The notes beneath the pieces were generated by a model that was given only the letters and a program-made list of their open reading frames with translations, did not search any database and was not told where the DNA came from. Below, in pieces: positions 11,208 through 21,146 of a DNA stretch of 64,000 nucleotides. How positions within the stretch are numbered: the stretch's first letter is position 1; each line of letters opens with the position of its first letter. Source of the stretch: an uncultured delta proteobacterium (GTDB lineage: Bacteria; Desulfobacterota; RBG-13-43-22); assembly GCA_963743305.1 (NCBI GenBank), contig CAVUPH010000007.1, forward strand, positions 1 to 64,000. The letters are read 5' to 3'. A program made the position numbers and the translations under genes.

Positions 11208-12418
11208 TGGGAGGAGTCACGTCGCTGGCCGTATGGGCCGGGGACAAGCCATCAGGTATTCTGGCCCGGGAGGGAGGTCGGGATTATGTCTTCGCCTATT
11301 CCCCGGAAGCCGCTGCCGACGCCCAGGTTTCCCTGACCATGCCGGTTCGGTTGGAGAGTTGGCTTAGCCGCGAACTGCATCCCATATTTCAGATGAACCT
11401 GCCGGAAGGTGCCCTGTTGGAGACGATTCGGCGGGCCATTGCCAAGCTGGTAGGCGAAGATGATCTGTCGATCCTCCGTGTAACCGGGGGGAATCAGGTG
11501 GGGAGAAACCGGTTCTCCCTCCCCGGGGACGATTCGCCCCGTCTATCCGAAACTCCCGAGTCTCTCGATGAGATGCTCACCTACCCGGATAGTCGGGAGC
11601 TCTTCCAGGAACTGGTGGCCCGCTACGCCCTCCGTTCGGGGATTTCCGGAATCCAACCCAAGGTTATGCTGGAGGCCACCGAGCGCGGCACCCTTTCAGC
11701 GTCGGGTTTTATCGTCAAGTCCGGGGGCACGGATTACCCGCAAATAGCCGCCAATGAGTATTTCTGCATGACGGCGGCCAAGCGGGCCGGCTTGCCGGTG
11801 CCGGAATTCCATCTCTCCCGGAACGGCGGCTTATTCATCCTGCGTCGATTTGACCTGACCCCGGAGGGCACCTCTATCGGGTTCGAGGATATGTGCAGCC
11901 TCCAGGCCCTGGGGACCGCGCAAAAATACACCGGGAGCTACGAACGGGTGGCCCGGAGCATCCGGGACTTTGTTTCCGGTGACTACCTGCCGGCAGCCCA
12001 GGAGCAGTTTTTCGCGACCCTGGTGCTGTCGGTGATGGTGCGCAACGGAGACGGCCATTTAAAGAATTTCGGAGTCCTGTACCCCACCCCTTCCGGTGTG
12101 GTGACGCTGGCGCCGGTCTACGACCTGGTGACCACCACGGCCTATCTCAAAAAGGACGTACCCGCTCTTTCCATAGCGGGAACCAAGAAATGGTGGCCCC
12201 GTAAAACACTGGAGCGCTTTGCCGTGTCTCATCTTTCGCTGCCGGTTAGGATCGTCGCCGACACCATCGAACGCCTGGCCGAGGCGGTAACGGAAACGCG
12301 GACAAGTCTTTCAGCCTACCGGAATGAACATCCGGAATTCCGGGAGATCGGCGGGCGGATGTTGGCGGAGTGGAATGAAGGGGTGAAGGAGATGGTTGAA
12401 CTTAGATCAGTAATATAA
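11207..12418 (+). CDS. hipA: HipA-family kinase toxin
   Basis: SGIQPK, NEYFCM, RRFD, FEDMC, NGDGHLKNF and LAPVYDL motifs. Confidence 0.93.
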   Translation: MGGVTSLAVWAGDKPSGILAREGGRDYVFAYSPEAAADAQVSLTMPVRLESWLSRELHPIFQMNLPEGALLETIRRAIAKLVGEDDLSILRVTGGNQVGRNRFSLPGDDSPRLSETPESLDEMLTYPDSRELFQELVARYALRSGISGIQPKVMLEATERGTLSASGFIVKSGGTDYPQIAANEYFCMTAAKRAGLPVPEFHLSRNGGLFILRRFDLTPEGTSIGFEDMCSLQALGTAQKYTGSYERVARSIRDFVSGDYLPAAQEQFFATLVLSVMVRNGDGHLKNFGVLYPTPSGVVTLAPVYDLVTTTAYLKKDVPALSIAGTKKWWPRKTLERFAVSHLSLPVRIVADTIERLAEAVTETRTSLSAYRNEHPEFREIGGRMLAEWNEGVKEMVELRSVI

Positions 12419-12543
12419 ACCCCGTTTTTTCCCCTGGATTATTCTTCAAACCGATTATTCGATCATTCCGCTGCAGGGCAAAGGTTTAATTCGTTCTTTT
12501 CTTATTATTATAGGGGACCCTTTAATTGGGTGATCAATATTTG

Positions 12544-12675
12544 TTGACTTTTTTCCTGGTAGGAGGTAGGAAAATTAGAGAAAATTAACAAAAATTCCTT
12601 TGGTAACCCTCTGACCAAGGAGGTCCAGTGAAAGAATAATAGACCCCATTTCTCATCAGAGAGATGGGGTTTTTA
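12544..12675 (+). ncRNA. Candidate small transcription unit: SD, 3-codon minigene, terminator (homolog of 8396-8520)
   Basis: TTGACT; TTTGGTAACCCT; AAGGAGGT; GTG AAA GAA TAA (12628-12639); hairpin ACCCCATTTCTC/GAGAGATGGGGT plus T-run. Confidence 0.45.
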
Positions 12676-12733
12676 TTCAGTGTTATCCCGAGGCAGGTGC
12701 AACTTATGATTTAAACCGGTACAGGGGGGGGAA

Positions 12734-13060
12734 ATGAATTATTTTGAAGATTTTGAAAAGATAATCGAAAGAGCAAAAACAAAGCCCAAAAAAACCATTA
12801 TAATACTTATAGTGTTATTAATATTTGCTTTTGCGATAGCATATGGCAAAGCATTTTTCTCAGCAATGGCAATAAATCATGCCAAACCTTCAATTCCTGC
12901 CCAAAGTGAAAAATCTGAATCATGCACAACGCTTATTAAACAAGCAGGTAGTGAAAAAGCCAATAACACAGCCATAATAGAACAGGAAACCAAAGGGAGC
13001 CAGAGCCCAGCGATTGTAACGAATAAAGACGTAAAGATAATTTACAAAGGTAGCAAATGA
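12734..13060 (+). CDS. AT-rich hypothetical membrane protein
   Basis: One TM helix; C-terminal EQETKGSQSPAI motif. Confidence 0.65.
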   Translation: MNYFEDFEKIIERAKTKPKKTIIILIVLLIFAFAIAYGKAFFSAMAINHAKPSIPAQSEKSESCTTLIKQAGSEKANNTAIIEQETKGSQSPAIVTNKDVKIIYKGSK

Positions 13061-13533
13061 ACAAATTGAAACTAATTGAACATTATGTGCTTGCTCTCGC
13101 TTCAGTTGCAATCCTTCTATTAGGCTCAATCCTCTTAGCTAATGCACAGCAAATAATCAAACAGGAAACACATGGTGTGCAAAGTCCAGCTATTAAAGCC
13201 GGTGGTAATGTGACGGTTATCTATAAGAGTCTACCTAAAGCAGAACGAGAGCTTATTTTTAGGCAAATGGGTAACAACCAACAGCTTATTGATCGCCTCT
13301 TAATGGAGTTGGAGGCACAAAATGCTGAATTGGAAAATAGCAGAGTTGAGATTAAAGAATGGGTAAAGAAATATGAGGAGTTAAAATTTAAAATTTCTGA
13401 ACTATCGGAAGCAACTGAACAGTCTAAAAAAGCTAAAGCAGAGGCTAAAGCAGCGCTGATTGGAGGAGACTTGAAAAAGGCCGAATCTGCAACTCTTAGA
13501 GGTGGTAGTATTAGCGGCGGATCGATTAGATAA
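13057..13533 (+). CDS. AT-rich hypothetical exported coiled-coil protein
   Basis: Signal-like N-terminus, KQETHGVQSPAI motif, heptad-rich C-terminal half; 4-nt overlap with the upstream ORF. Confidence 0.65.
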   Translation: MNKLKLIEHYVLALASVAILLLGSILLANAQQIIKQETHGVQSPAIKAGGNVTVIYKSLPKAERELIFRQMGNNQQLIDRLLMELEAQNAELENSRVEIKEWVKKYEELKFKISELSEATEQSKKAKAEAKAALIGGDLKKAESATLRGGSISGGSIR

Positions 13534-13645
13534 ATTGAAAGGAATGTGGGGGGAGAATTAGCATAATTCAAAGGGAATCAAGTTCAATTTTCCACTCCTT
13601 GGTTTATTATTAGGATAAACAAGTCTCTTATTAGGTAAAGGCCAT

Positions 13646-13982
13646 GTGGGTTCGATTCCCATGCACTTCCGCCAGTTATTATTCTCCAATAATTTTTACC
13701 AGAACCCTTTTCTTTCTTCCCCCGTCAAATTCTCCGTAAAAAATCTGCTCCCAGGGGCCGAAATCGAGTTTTCCTCCGGTGACGGCCACCACCACCTCCC
13801 GGCCCATGACCTGGCGTTTCAGGTGGGCGTCGCCGTTGTCCTCCCCGGTCCGATTATGGAGATACTGACTGACGGGTTCGTGGGGGGCCAGTTTTTCCAG
13901 CCAGCGGTCATAGTCCCGGTGCAGCCCGGACTCGTCGTCGTTGATAAAGACGAGGCGGTGATGTGCATGGCCTTGACCAGGA
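13646..13982. repeat. Array repeat 2: tRNA-Sec-like 3' end (13646-13674) plus 5'-truncated yjbQ (-)
   Basis: Same 29-nt tRNA end as repeat 1; about 300 bp of yjbQ with a 1-nt deletion near 13951. Confidence 0.92.
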
Positions 13983-14193
13983 CAGGCCTTCCGGATCGGC
14001 TGGCTTTGAACTGTACCCGGAGGGCATATGACAAACCGACATTATTAAGCGTAGAAAATCTTGATACGGCAGCGAAACATTCAAGCGCGAAGTGGCTGAT
14101 TTAAAAAAACAGCTTGCGGAGAAGCCCAACCCCGCGGTATTATCCGCAAAGAAGGCCGGGTAATCTGGGTGGCGTTTCAGGAGGAATCAAGCC

Positions 14194-14436
14194 ATGGAGT
14201 TAGCAAATCATACTTTGGAGTATGACGGCGGGGAGTGGCTGGCCATTCTCCCGGAACTGGAAATCTACGGCGATGGACTGACGGAAGGGGAGGCCATCGA
14301 AGACCTCAAGTCCGAACTGCTGGATCTTTATGAAGACCTGAACAGCATCCGGGCCCAAAAACTGGGGCGGGGTCTCCTGGCTAAAAAGCGGATTATCAAC
14401 AAGATCGTCCGGAAGACCAAAACCCGGCCTATATAG
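14194..14436 (+). CDS. HicB-like antitoxin-fold protein
   Basis: WLAILPELEIYGDGLTEGEAIEDLK; SD AGGAGG. Confidence 0.7.
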   Translation: MELANHTLEYDGGEWLAILPELEIYGDGLTEGEAIEDLKSELLDLYEDLNSIRAQKLGRGLLAKKRIINKIVRKTKTRPI

Positions 14437-14465
14437 ACATTATACATCAACCAAAGGAAAACGCC

Positions 14466-14807
14466 ATGCCTGAAGAAACCGCCTTATTTTTTAACGTCCT
14501 GATCAAGAAGACAGACGAAGGCTTTCTGGCCCATTGCCTGGAACTTGACCTGGTGACCACCTCGCCCACGGTAGAGCAGGTACGGGAAGATATTATTGAC
14601 GTGATCGCCTCCCAGGTGGACTACGCCTTCACCCATGACAATCTGGATTTCCTCTACCATCCGGCGCCTCCGGACGTCTGGACTGAATTCTTTTCCTGCC
14701 GTGGGGCATCGGTTGAGATAAAGCGATCCATAGCCTCCCCCGGGGGCACTGTTCCGCCCTGGATCATCGCCAAGACCTGTAAATCTCCTAATTTACAGCA
14801 TGTCTAA
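14466..14807 (+). CDS. HicB-like (DUF1902-type) protein
   Basis: FLAHCLELDLVTTSPTVEQVREDI...PAPPDVW. Confidence 0.7.
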   Translation: MPEETALFFNVLIKKTDEGFLAHCLELDLVTTSPTVEQVREDIIDVIASQVDYAFTHDNLDFLYHPAPPDVWTEFFSCRGASVEIKRSIASPGGTVPPWIIAKTCKSPNLQHV

Positions 14808-14862
14808 GCGACCGTTGACGGTCCGGGAACTCCTCCAAAATGAAATCAGCCACGGGCATCTT
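14800..14862 (+). pseudogene. Possible truncated HicA-like toxin N-terminus
   Basis: ATG overlapping the HicB stop reads MSKRPLTVRELLQ, then runs into repeat 3. Confidence 0.45.
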
Positions 14863-15115
14863 TTCGATTCCCATGCACTTCCACCAGCTACTATTCTCCA
14901 ATAATCTTTACCAGTACCCTTTTCTTTCTTCCCCCATCAAACTCTCCGTAAAAAATCTGCTCCCAGGGGCCGAAATCGAGTTTTCCTCCGGTGACGGCCA
15001 CCACCACCTCCCGGCCCATGACCTGGCGTTTCAGGTGGGCGTCGCCGTTGTCCTCCCCGGTCCGATTATGGAGATACTGACTGACGGGTTCGTGGGGGGC
15101 CAGTTTTTCCAGCCA
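14863..15115. repeat. Array repeat 3: tRNA 3' fragment (14863-14886) plus shorter yjbQ 3' part (-)
   Basis: TTCGATTCCCATGCACTTCCACCA; [10 protein letters not shown]...IIGE. Confidence 0.92.
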
Positions 15116-15117
15116 TT

Positions 15118-15534
15118 TTGGAAATAACAAATGAAGATAAAATGACTATAGTTTGTGATTATAATGATCTGCCAAATAAACCAAATAAAAATTTTACTAT
15201 CCGACCATGGTATAATAATATTGCCAGAGGTCCTGATATGTTTGTAAAAAATTCCCCTAATGGATTCTTTATAACCTGTCGCATCAATAAAATTCAGTCC
15301 AAAGAGATGGCTTTTACCAAAGATTGTTTTTTTCTTGGTGCCATGAAATCAAAAGTAATCAATATTGCAGTAAAAATATTTTGCGATGAATTTGCCGAAC
15401 CAAAACAAGAAAAGCTTGAGGTTGGTTTTGAAGTTAAGGATCGGATTTATCCAGTTGATGATTTAGCCAGGGCCCCGTGGACCTTGTCATCATTACCATT
15501 ACCCCCGCGGCCGGGGTGTCGGAAGAGACCCTGA
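15118..15534 (+). pseudogene. AT-rich hypothetical ORF fragment, apparently cut at its 5' end by repeat 3
   Basis: The open frame begins exactly at the repeat junction without an SD; composition shifts near 15470. Confidence 0.4.
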
Positions 15535-15587
15535 AGGAAAAGGTAGCCGAGATCCTGGCCCCCTACACCGTCCGGTATCAACTGATT

Positions 15588-16463
15588 TTAGGTTGAGGCA
15601 GACGAAAACCCGGGTCCGTTTTCCACTTTGATACCCAAACCCGCCCGCATTCGATCTAGTCCCTGTTGATGCACCGCCCATTGCCGTCCTCCGGTCAGAC
15701 CCCCGTCCACGATCAGGTTGTGGCCGTTGACAAAGGTGGATTCGTCCGAAGCGAGAAAAACGGCCGCCAGGGCGATATCCTCCGGAAGACCGGGCCGCGG
15801 AATGGGCTGCATGACCGCCAGGGCCTGTTTGATGGCTTCGATGCTTTGCTCGGCTTCCTCGGTCGGCAAGCCAAGGGCTTTGCCGAAAATGCCGGTGGCA
15901 ATGCCTCCGGGTGAGATGCAGTTGACCCGGATGTTACTCTCTCCCAATTCCATGGCCACGCATTTTGTCAGGTGGATAACGGCCGCCTTGGCCGCCGAGT
16001 AAATCATTGACGAGGAATATCCGGCCAGGACACCGGCGACGCTGCCGTTGTTAATGATGCTGCCTGAGCCCTGGGCCCGCATGACCGGCGCCGCGTGTTT
16101 CATGCCCAGCAGGACCCCGCCCAGCAGGACCGACAAGGCCGCCTCATATTCGTCCCAAGGGATGGTTTCTATCCCTCCCACCGGGGCCGGACAACCGGCG
16201 TTATTGAAAAGGCAATCCAGGCGTCCGAAACGTTTCACAGCGTAGTCGATCATGGCCCGGACATCGGCCTCCCGGGACACGTCGGTTTTCAGGAAATCGA
16301 CCCGGGGGCCTAAAGCCTCTGCCAGTTCGCGTCCCTCCTTTTCCCGCCGGGCGGCGATGAGAACGAAGGCCCCTTCCCGGAAAAAAAGTTCAACGGTCCG
16401 TCGCCCGATGCCGCTGGTCCCTCCCGTAATGATCGCCGTTTTACCGTTTAATCGTCCACTCAC
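15588..16463 (-). CDS. SDR-family oxidoreductase
   Basis: TGGTSGIG, NNAG, YSAAK, IRVNCISPG. Confidence 0.93.
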   Translation of the reverse strand: MSGRLNGKTAIITGGTSGIGRRTVELFFREGAFVLIAARREKEGRELAEALGPRVDFLKTDVSREADVRAMIDYAVKRFGRLDCLFNNAGCPAPVGGIETIPWDEYEAALSVLLGGVLLGMKHAAPVMRAQGSGSIINNGSVAGVLAGYSSSMIYSAAKAAVIHLTKCVAMELGESNIRVNCISPGGIATGIFGKALGLPTEEAEQSIEAIKQALAVMQPIPRPGLPEDIALAAVFLASDESTFVNGHNLIVDGGLTGGRQWAVHQQGLDRMRAGLGIKVENGPGFSSAST

Positions 16464-16653
16464 GTCTTTTTTTCCTTTCCGTCCCCATTCCCGGAAGGGA
16501 CTAACGTCTCCAAGGCTTTGTATACCCCTTCATCAAGGATAGGATTAATCTTCCTATTGAATATATATAACAATCGATCCTATTTCAATGCTTGAATTAC
16601 CTGGTTGGAAATGGGTGCCGACCTTCGTTCCCTTTATGACAGGATCTAAAACA

Positions 16654-17080
16654 TTCGATTCCCATGCACTTCCACCAGCTACTATTCCCCAATAATCTTT
16701 ACCAGGACCCTTTTCTTTCTTCCCCCGTCAAATTCCCCGTAAAAAATCTGCTCCCAGGGGCCGAAATCGAGTTTTCCCCCGGTGACGGCCACCACCACCT
16801 CACGGCCCATGACCTGGCGTTTCAGGTAGGCGTCGCCGTTATCCTCCCCGGTCCGATTATGGAGGTACTGACTGACGGGTTCGTGGGGGGCCTGTTTTTC
16901 CAGCCAGCGGTCATAGTCCCGGTGCAGCCCGGACTCATCATCATTGATAAAGACCGAGGCGGTGATTTGCATGGCGTTGACTAGAATGAGGCCCTCCCGG
17001 ATGCCGCTCTCCTTCAAACAGCGCTCGACCTCCTCGGTGATCCTGATGAAGGCCCGTCGCCCGGGGATGTTGAATCACAG
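16654..17080. repeat. Array repeat 4: tRNA 3' fragment (16654-16677) plus nearly full-length yjbQ pseudogene (-)
   Basis: Similarity extends to about codon 7 of yjbQ; the Trp codon is changed to TGA and the start is missing. Confidence 0.92.
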
Positions 17081-17213
17081 GGATTTTTTGCCGGACAAAA
17101 ATGATCTTGACAAATGTCTTTAATACTTTCATATAATTTCTTTCATTCCGACACATTCCCTTGAGTTTTTAGACAAATAAAATTTATAAAAGCGCCTCGC
17201 TGGATAAGGCAGA

Positions 17214-20200
17214 TTGGAGTGTATTATGCGAGTTTGCAGAAACAACCGGACTGTCAAACAATCGATTGGCGATAAGGTCGAATACGGTGAAAGGACAGGC
17301 GGGGGGGGCCTTTCCTTCCTAATCGTGATGGCGATATGGATCCTGGGCGCTCCCTCCGCTTGGGCCCAGCCGGTCACGCTGCATTTCGAAGAGTATCCGG
17401 GGGGGACCCGGATCGACAACCAGTACCAGCCGCTGGGGGCCCATCCCCATTTCATGAACGATTACCAACCGGATGTTACCTATTATCGCGCCAGCCCTAT
17501 AATCGAGGCCCACTCCAACGCCAAGAGCGGTTCCACGGTCCTGGTGAACGGGTATTCGGACCTGGAGTTTCACAGCAGCGCCACGGTGCCTCTGGTCGTC
17601 TGGTTTGAGCAGCCGGTGAGTGGGGTGGGAATGTGGCTGGGGACAAGAACGGGGATGGGCTGCAGCGGTGGGGTTCAGGCCAAGGTATCGATTTATGACG
17701 GCGGCGGCGCCCTCCTGGAAGAAAAAACGGCTACGGCCAGCAGCGCCTTCAACACACCACTGGAACTCGACGATACCCTGGGCAGGATCCGCAAGGTGGC
17801 CATCGATTACGGCGATTCGCTCTGTCCGGAGGCGATCGATGAATTCGCTTTTCAATCGGGTTCCGGCCAGACCGTCGACACCACTCCGCCCCAGGTGACT
17901 ATTACTTCGCACACCAATTTTCAAACCGTAGCCGGTAATTCCGTGCTGCTGGCCGGCACGGTCCAGGAAAATTCCGGGATCCTAACCAGCGTGATGGTCA
18001 ACGATAGCAACCCGATCCCCTTTTACCCGGTGGCCGGCGGCGGGGGAACGCTCTTCCAGTTCAGCAAGCCCCTGACCCTGCACGGCGGCAGCAACGCCAT
18101 CACCGTGGCGGCTTACGACGGGGCCGGCAATAAAGGTAAGGCCTCGCTGACTCTCAACCAGGGCACTCCTGCGGACATCACTCTGAAGCAGTTCCACCTG
18201 ACCCAGCGGGGAATCATGCAGAATATCTCCTGTGATGTGGACGGCAGTGGAACGAATAAGGAATTCGTGGCCGGAAAATCCGCCGTGGTCCGCATTTTTC
18301 TGGACGTCAAGACCGTCGCGGGGGACGACACCTATGTCTCCTCGGTGGAACTCCGGCTCTACCGCAAAGAGCAGGGGGTCGATCTGCTGGTCGATACCTT
18401 CATCGGAAGCGGCACGTCGCCTTTCATCAGCAATTTCAAATCCCCCAGTGAAATGGCCGGGATCCATTTCTATATCCCCGGAGACAAATTGGACCCGGCG
18501 GGGGAGTACAAATTCGAGGTTCAGGCCTATGTGGGTGTCAACCCGGTTTATCCAAAAGTAACCTCCTATTGCGGCGGTCCGAACCAGGACGGGGATTATT
18601 TCACCTTTGTCGAGACCAAACCCGTCCGCATATTCATTGTGCCGGTCGAGGCCGCCAACACCAATCCCCACCAGTCAGCGGACCATGTCAAAAATTATTA
18701 CAGCCAACTGGAGACCCTGGCCCGAACCTTCCCGGTTCGCGACGGTTACAGCCAACCGTGGGAGAACCGCAAGACCGGTGTCTATTTCATCGAAGGCGAT
18801 CCGCTGCGCCTTTGCGACGGCAGCGAGGCCATGCACCAACAATACCCCCAGGTGTGCGAAGGCAGCGGCTGGACCTGGCGGTTGACGGACAAGGACCCCG
18901 GCGGGATACTGAGAAGGGCCAACCATTTTTTTGTATATGACCCTAACAATCCGTCCATCACTTGCGGGGGCAACCCGGCGCTACGCAATCAGGGGGGCAT
19001 GGTGACTTTCAACGGTGCCCTTTTGACCGGCCCGCTGGAGACCGTGAATTTCGTTCCGGACCTGGGCCTTTTCCGCCCCGGGTCCCACCCGGAATGGGAT
19101 GATGGGGCGGGAATCATTAAATATTATGTTCCCATCGACGATGACCACGACGGCCAGATCGGTCCGGGCGATCTGCAGCATTTCGTGGCGGAGTACTACG
19201 ATAATTTCTCGAAGCAATGGCTCTCCGATCTAACCTATTACAATCACGGCGAGACCTATCGCTTTTTTCGAGATCAAGATGGAAACCAGTGTCAAAGCCG
19301 GGATGAGGACGGCAATCTTACCGAGCCCCAGGCCGATGTGGTGCGCCTGTGGGAGAATGCCGGAAAAGTGGCCTATCACGCGGCGGAAAAGGCCATGGAC
19401 GGCTACTATGCCAGTCACCCGGTCCCGGCAGAGGAAAAGGCCAATTTCGCCTCACTCTGGTTCCCCACCGTGGTGCATCCAGACCGGCGGGATTTTAATT
19501 TCTGGGGCCCCGGCTCTTCCACCGGCCGATCGAACTGGATCCGGGTCACCTATGACCAGACCATGGCTCATGAAATGGGACATAATGTGGGCGGCCTCAA
19601 AGATACCTATCATCAGGGCGGTTGTTTTAATCCCCCGAATCGACTCAATGCTTGGAACGCCTTCATCGGATTTGAAAGCGTGCCGGCTGCTAACATCGGC
19701 AACCTCTGGGATGTCATGGATTGTTCCAGAAGTCCGGAACAATCCATTTTCAATAAAGCGAATTATGACGCTCTGTTCGACAAGCTCAAGGTGTCTACCG
19801 CGTCTGTTGGAGGCCTCCAAGACGCCGGACCCAAACTCCTCATGGCCGGTAGGATTACCAACAGCGGACAGGCTGAAAACGTGCATATCCAACTCAGTAC
19901 CCACCTGGAAGCCACGGTGGCCAACCCGTTTGGTCCTTATTTGCTGCGCTTCGGTGCCGGCTCGGCCGCCCTGTCTGAGTTCCCCTTTGCGGTGGATGGC
20001 ACAATCCATCCTCCCCAGGGGGTTTCCAGTTGGCCCTTGCCCTTCAGCCCTTTCCGGGTCGTGGCGCCCGTCCCCGGCGGCACCGAGTGGGTGGAACTGC
20101 GCAATCAGGATGTTCTTTTAAAGAAATTCGTAAAATCGGCGAAGGCCCCCACGGTGCAACTCCTTTTCCCGCAAGGGGGGGAATCTTTCGGCGCCAATGA

Positions 20201-21146
20201 CGAGGTTACGATTCGCTGGACATCCGGCGATGCCGACGGGGACCCCCTGGTCCATACCCTTTACTATTCTCCGGACGGCATCAGCCGCTGGATGCCGATC
20301 GCTTCAGGTGTGGCCGGCAATGAGTTCCGTTGGAAACTGGCCGACTTTCCGGGGACCACATCCAACAGCGGATTGATCCGAATCGTGGCCTCCGACGGAT
20401 TCAATACCGGGGAGCACATCCTGTCCGCGGGGATTACCGTTGCCGGTAAGCCCCCTCAAGCGGCCATCTTCCATCCGGAAGCCGATCAGGTCTTCCTGGA
20501 ATGCCAACCGATCCGGGTCCGGGGAATGGCCCGGGAGCCTCAGGGCCAACTGTTATTCATCCTGTGGTACGTGGATGACGTCCTGGTCGACTGGAGCTTC
20601 AATCTGAACCCGGTCCTGGGACCTCTCGCGCCCGGGGTGCACAAGATTTCCCTGGTGACGTTCAATGTGACCTTGGCGGCGGCGGTCAGCAGCGTTTCGA
20701 TCTCCGTCCTGGCCGACAGCGACTGTGACGGTATGAGCGATTATTTTGAGGAACTTCATGGTCTGAATCCCTACTTTGCGGAGGACGCCCGACTGGACCC
20801 CGATCAGGATGGGATGAGTAATCTGGAAGAGGCCTGGCGGGGTACCGATCCCGACGTACCCGAACTGGCCAGCTTGACGATCGTCGTTCAGCCGGCCCAG
20901 GGAGGGATCGTCAAGGGGGATGGAATAGACTGCCCGGGAGTCTGCGGCAAAAAATTAAATTATGATGTGAGTGCCAACCTGACGGCCGGGTCGAAGCCGG
21001 GGTTTGCATTTGCCGGCTGGGAGAATTGTGACATCGCCCAAGGGGAATCCTGCACCGCTTACGTTTACGGAGACCGGACGATAACGGCAATTTTCGAGCA
21101 ATCGTTTTTTCACCTGCATCTCCCGATCATTTTTAGAAGTCAATAG
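17214..21146 (+). CDS. Large secreted multidomain protein, putative zinc metallopeptidase (start uncertain)
   Basis: Signal peptide ..APSAWA/QP; Ig-like DTTPPQVTIT; HEMGH zincin motif; DSDCDGMSD/DPDQDGMSN Ca-binding-type repeats; C-terminal HLHLPIIFR; upstream TTGACA..TATAAT at 17107-17137. Confidence 0.75.
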   Translation: MECIMRVCRNNRTVKQSIGDKVEYGERTGGGGLSFLIVMAIWILGAPSAWAQPVTLHFEEYPGGTRIDNQYQPLGAHPHFMNDYQPDVTYYRASPIIEAHSNAKSGSTVLVNGYSDLEFHSSATVPLVVWFEQPVSGVGMWLGTRTGMGCSGGVQAKVSIYDGGGALLEEKTATASSAFNTPLELDDTLGRIRKVAIDYGDSLCPEAIDEFAFQSGSGQTVDTTPPQVTITSHTNFQTVAGNSVLLAGTVQENSGILTSVMVNDSNPIPFYPVAGGGGTLFQFSKPLTLHGGSNAITVAAYDGAGNKGKASLTLNQGTPADITLKQFHLTQRGIMQNISCDVDGSGTNKEFVAGKSAVVRIFLDVKTVAGDDTYVSSVELRLYRKEQGVDLLVDTFIGSGTSPFISNFKSPSEMAGIHFYIPGDKLDPAGEYKFEVQAYVGVNPVYPKVTSYCGGPNQDGDYFTFVETKPVRIFIVPVEAANTNPHQSADHVKNYYSQLETLARTFPVRDGYSQPWENRKTGVYFIEGDPLRLCDGSEAMHQQYPQVCEGSGWTWRLTDKDPGGILRRANHFFVYDPNNPSITCGGNPALRNQGGMVTFNGALLTGPLETVNFVPDLGLFRPGSHPEWDDGAGIIKYYVPIDDDHDGQIGPGDLQHFVAEYYDNFSKQWLSDLTYYNHGETYRFFRDQDGNQCQSRDEDGNLTEPQADVVRLWENAGKVAYHAAEKAMDGYYASHPVPAEEKANFASLWFPTVVHPDRRDFNFWGPGSSTGRSNWIRVTYDQTMAHEMGHNVGGLKDTYHQGGCFNPPNRLNAWNAFIGFESVPAANIGNLWDVMDCSRSPEQSIFNKANYDALFDKLKVSTASVGGLQDAGPKLLMAGRITNSGQAENVHIQLSTHLEATVANPFGPYLLRFGAGSAALSEFPFAVDGTIHPPQGVSSWPLPFSPFRVVAPVPGGTEWVELRNQDVLLKKFVKSAKAPTVQLLFPQGGESFGANDEVTIRWTSGDADGDPLVHTLYYSPDGISRWMPIASGVAGNEFRWKLADFPGTTSNSGLIRIVASDGFNTGEHILSAGITVAGKPPQAAIFHPEADQVFLECQPIRVRGMAREPQGQLLFILWYVDDVLVDWSFNLNPVLGPLAPGVHKISLVTFNVTLAAAVSSVSISVLADSDCDGMSDYFEELHGLNPYFAEDARLDPDQDGMSNLEEAWRGTDPDVPELASLTIVVQPAQGGIVKGDGIDCPGVCGKKLNYDVSANLTAGSKPGFAFAGWENCDIAQGESCTAYVYGDRTITAIFEQSFFHLHLPIIFRSQ

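Noticed and set aside
10483-13674. Functional tRNA genes at repeats 1 and 2
   Set aside because: Only the T-arm and 3' acceptor strand are present; upstream sequence cannot form the 5' acceptor, D or anticodon arms.
17070-17080. TGA in yjbQ copy 4 as a selenocysteine codon
   Set aside because: It replaces a Trp codon, similarity and the start codon are lost immediately upstream, and no SECIS is evident; a nonsense mutation is simpler.
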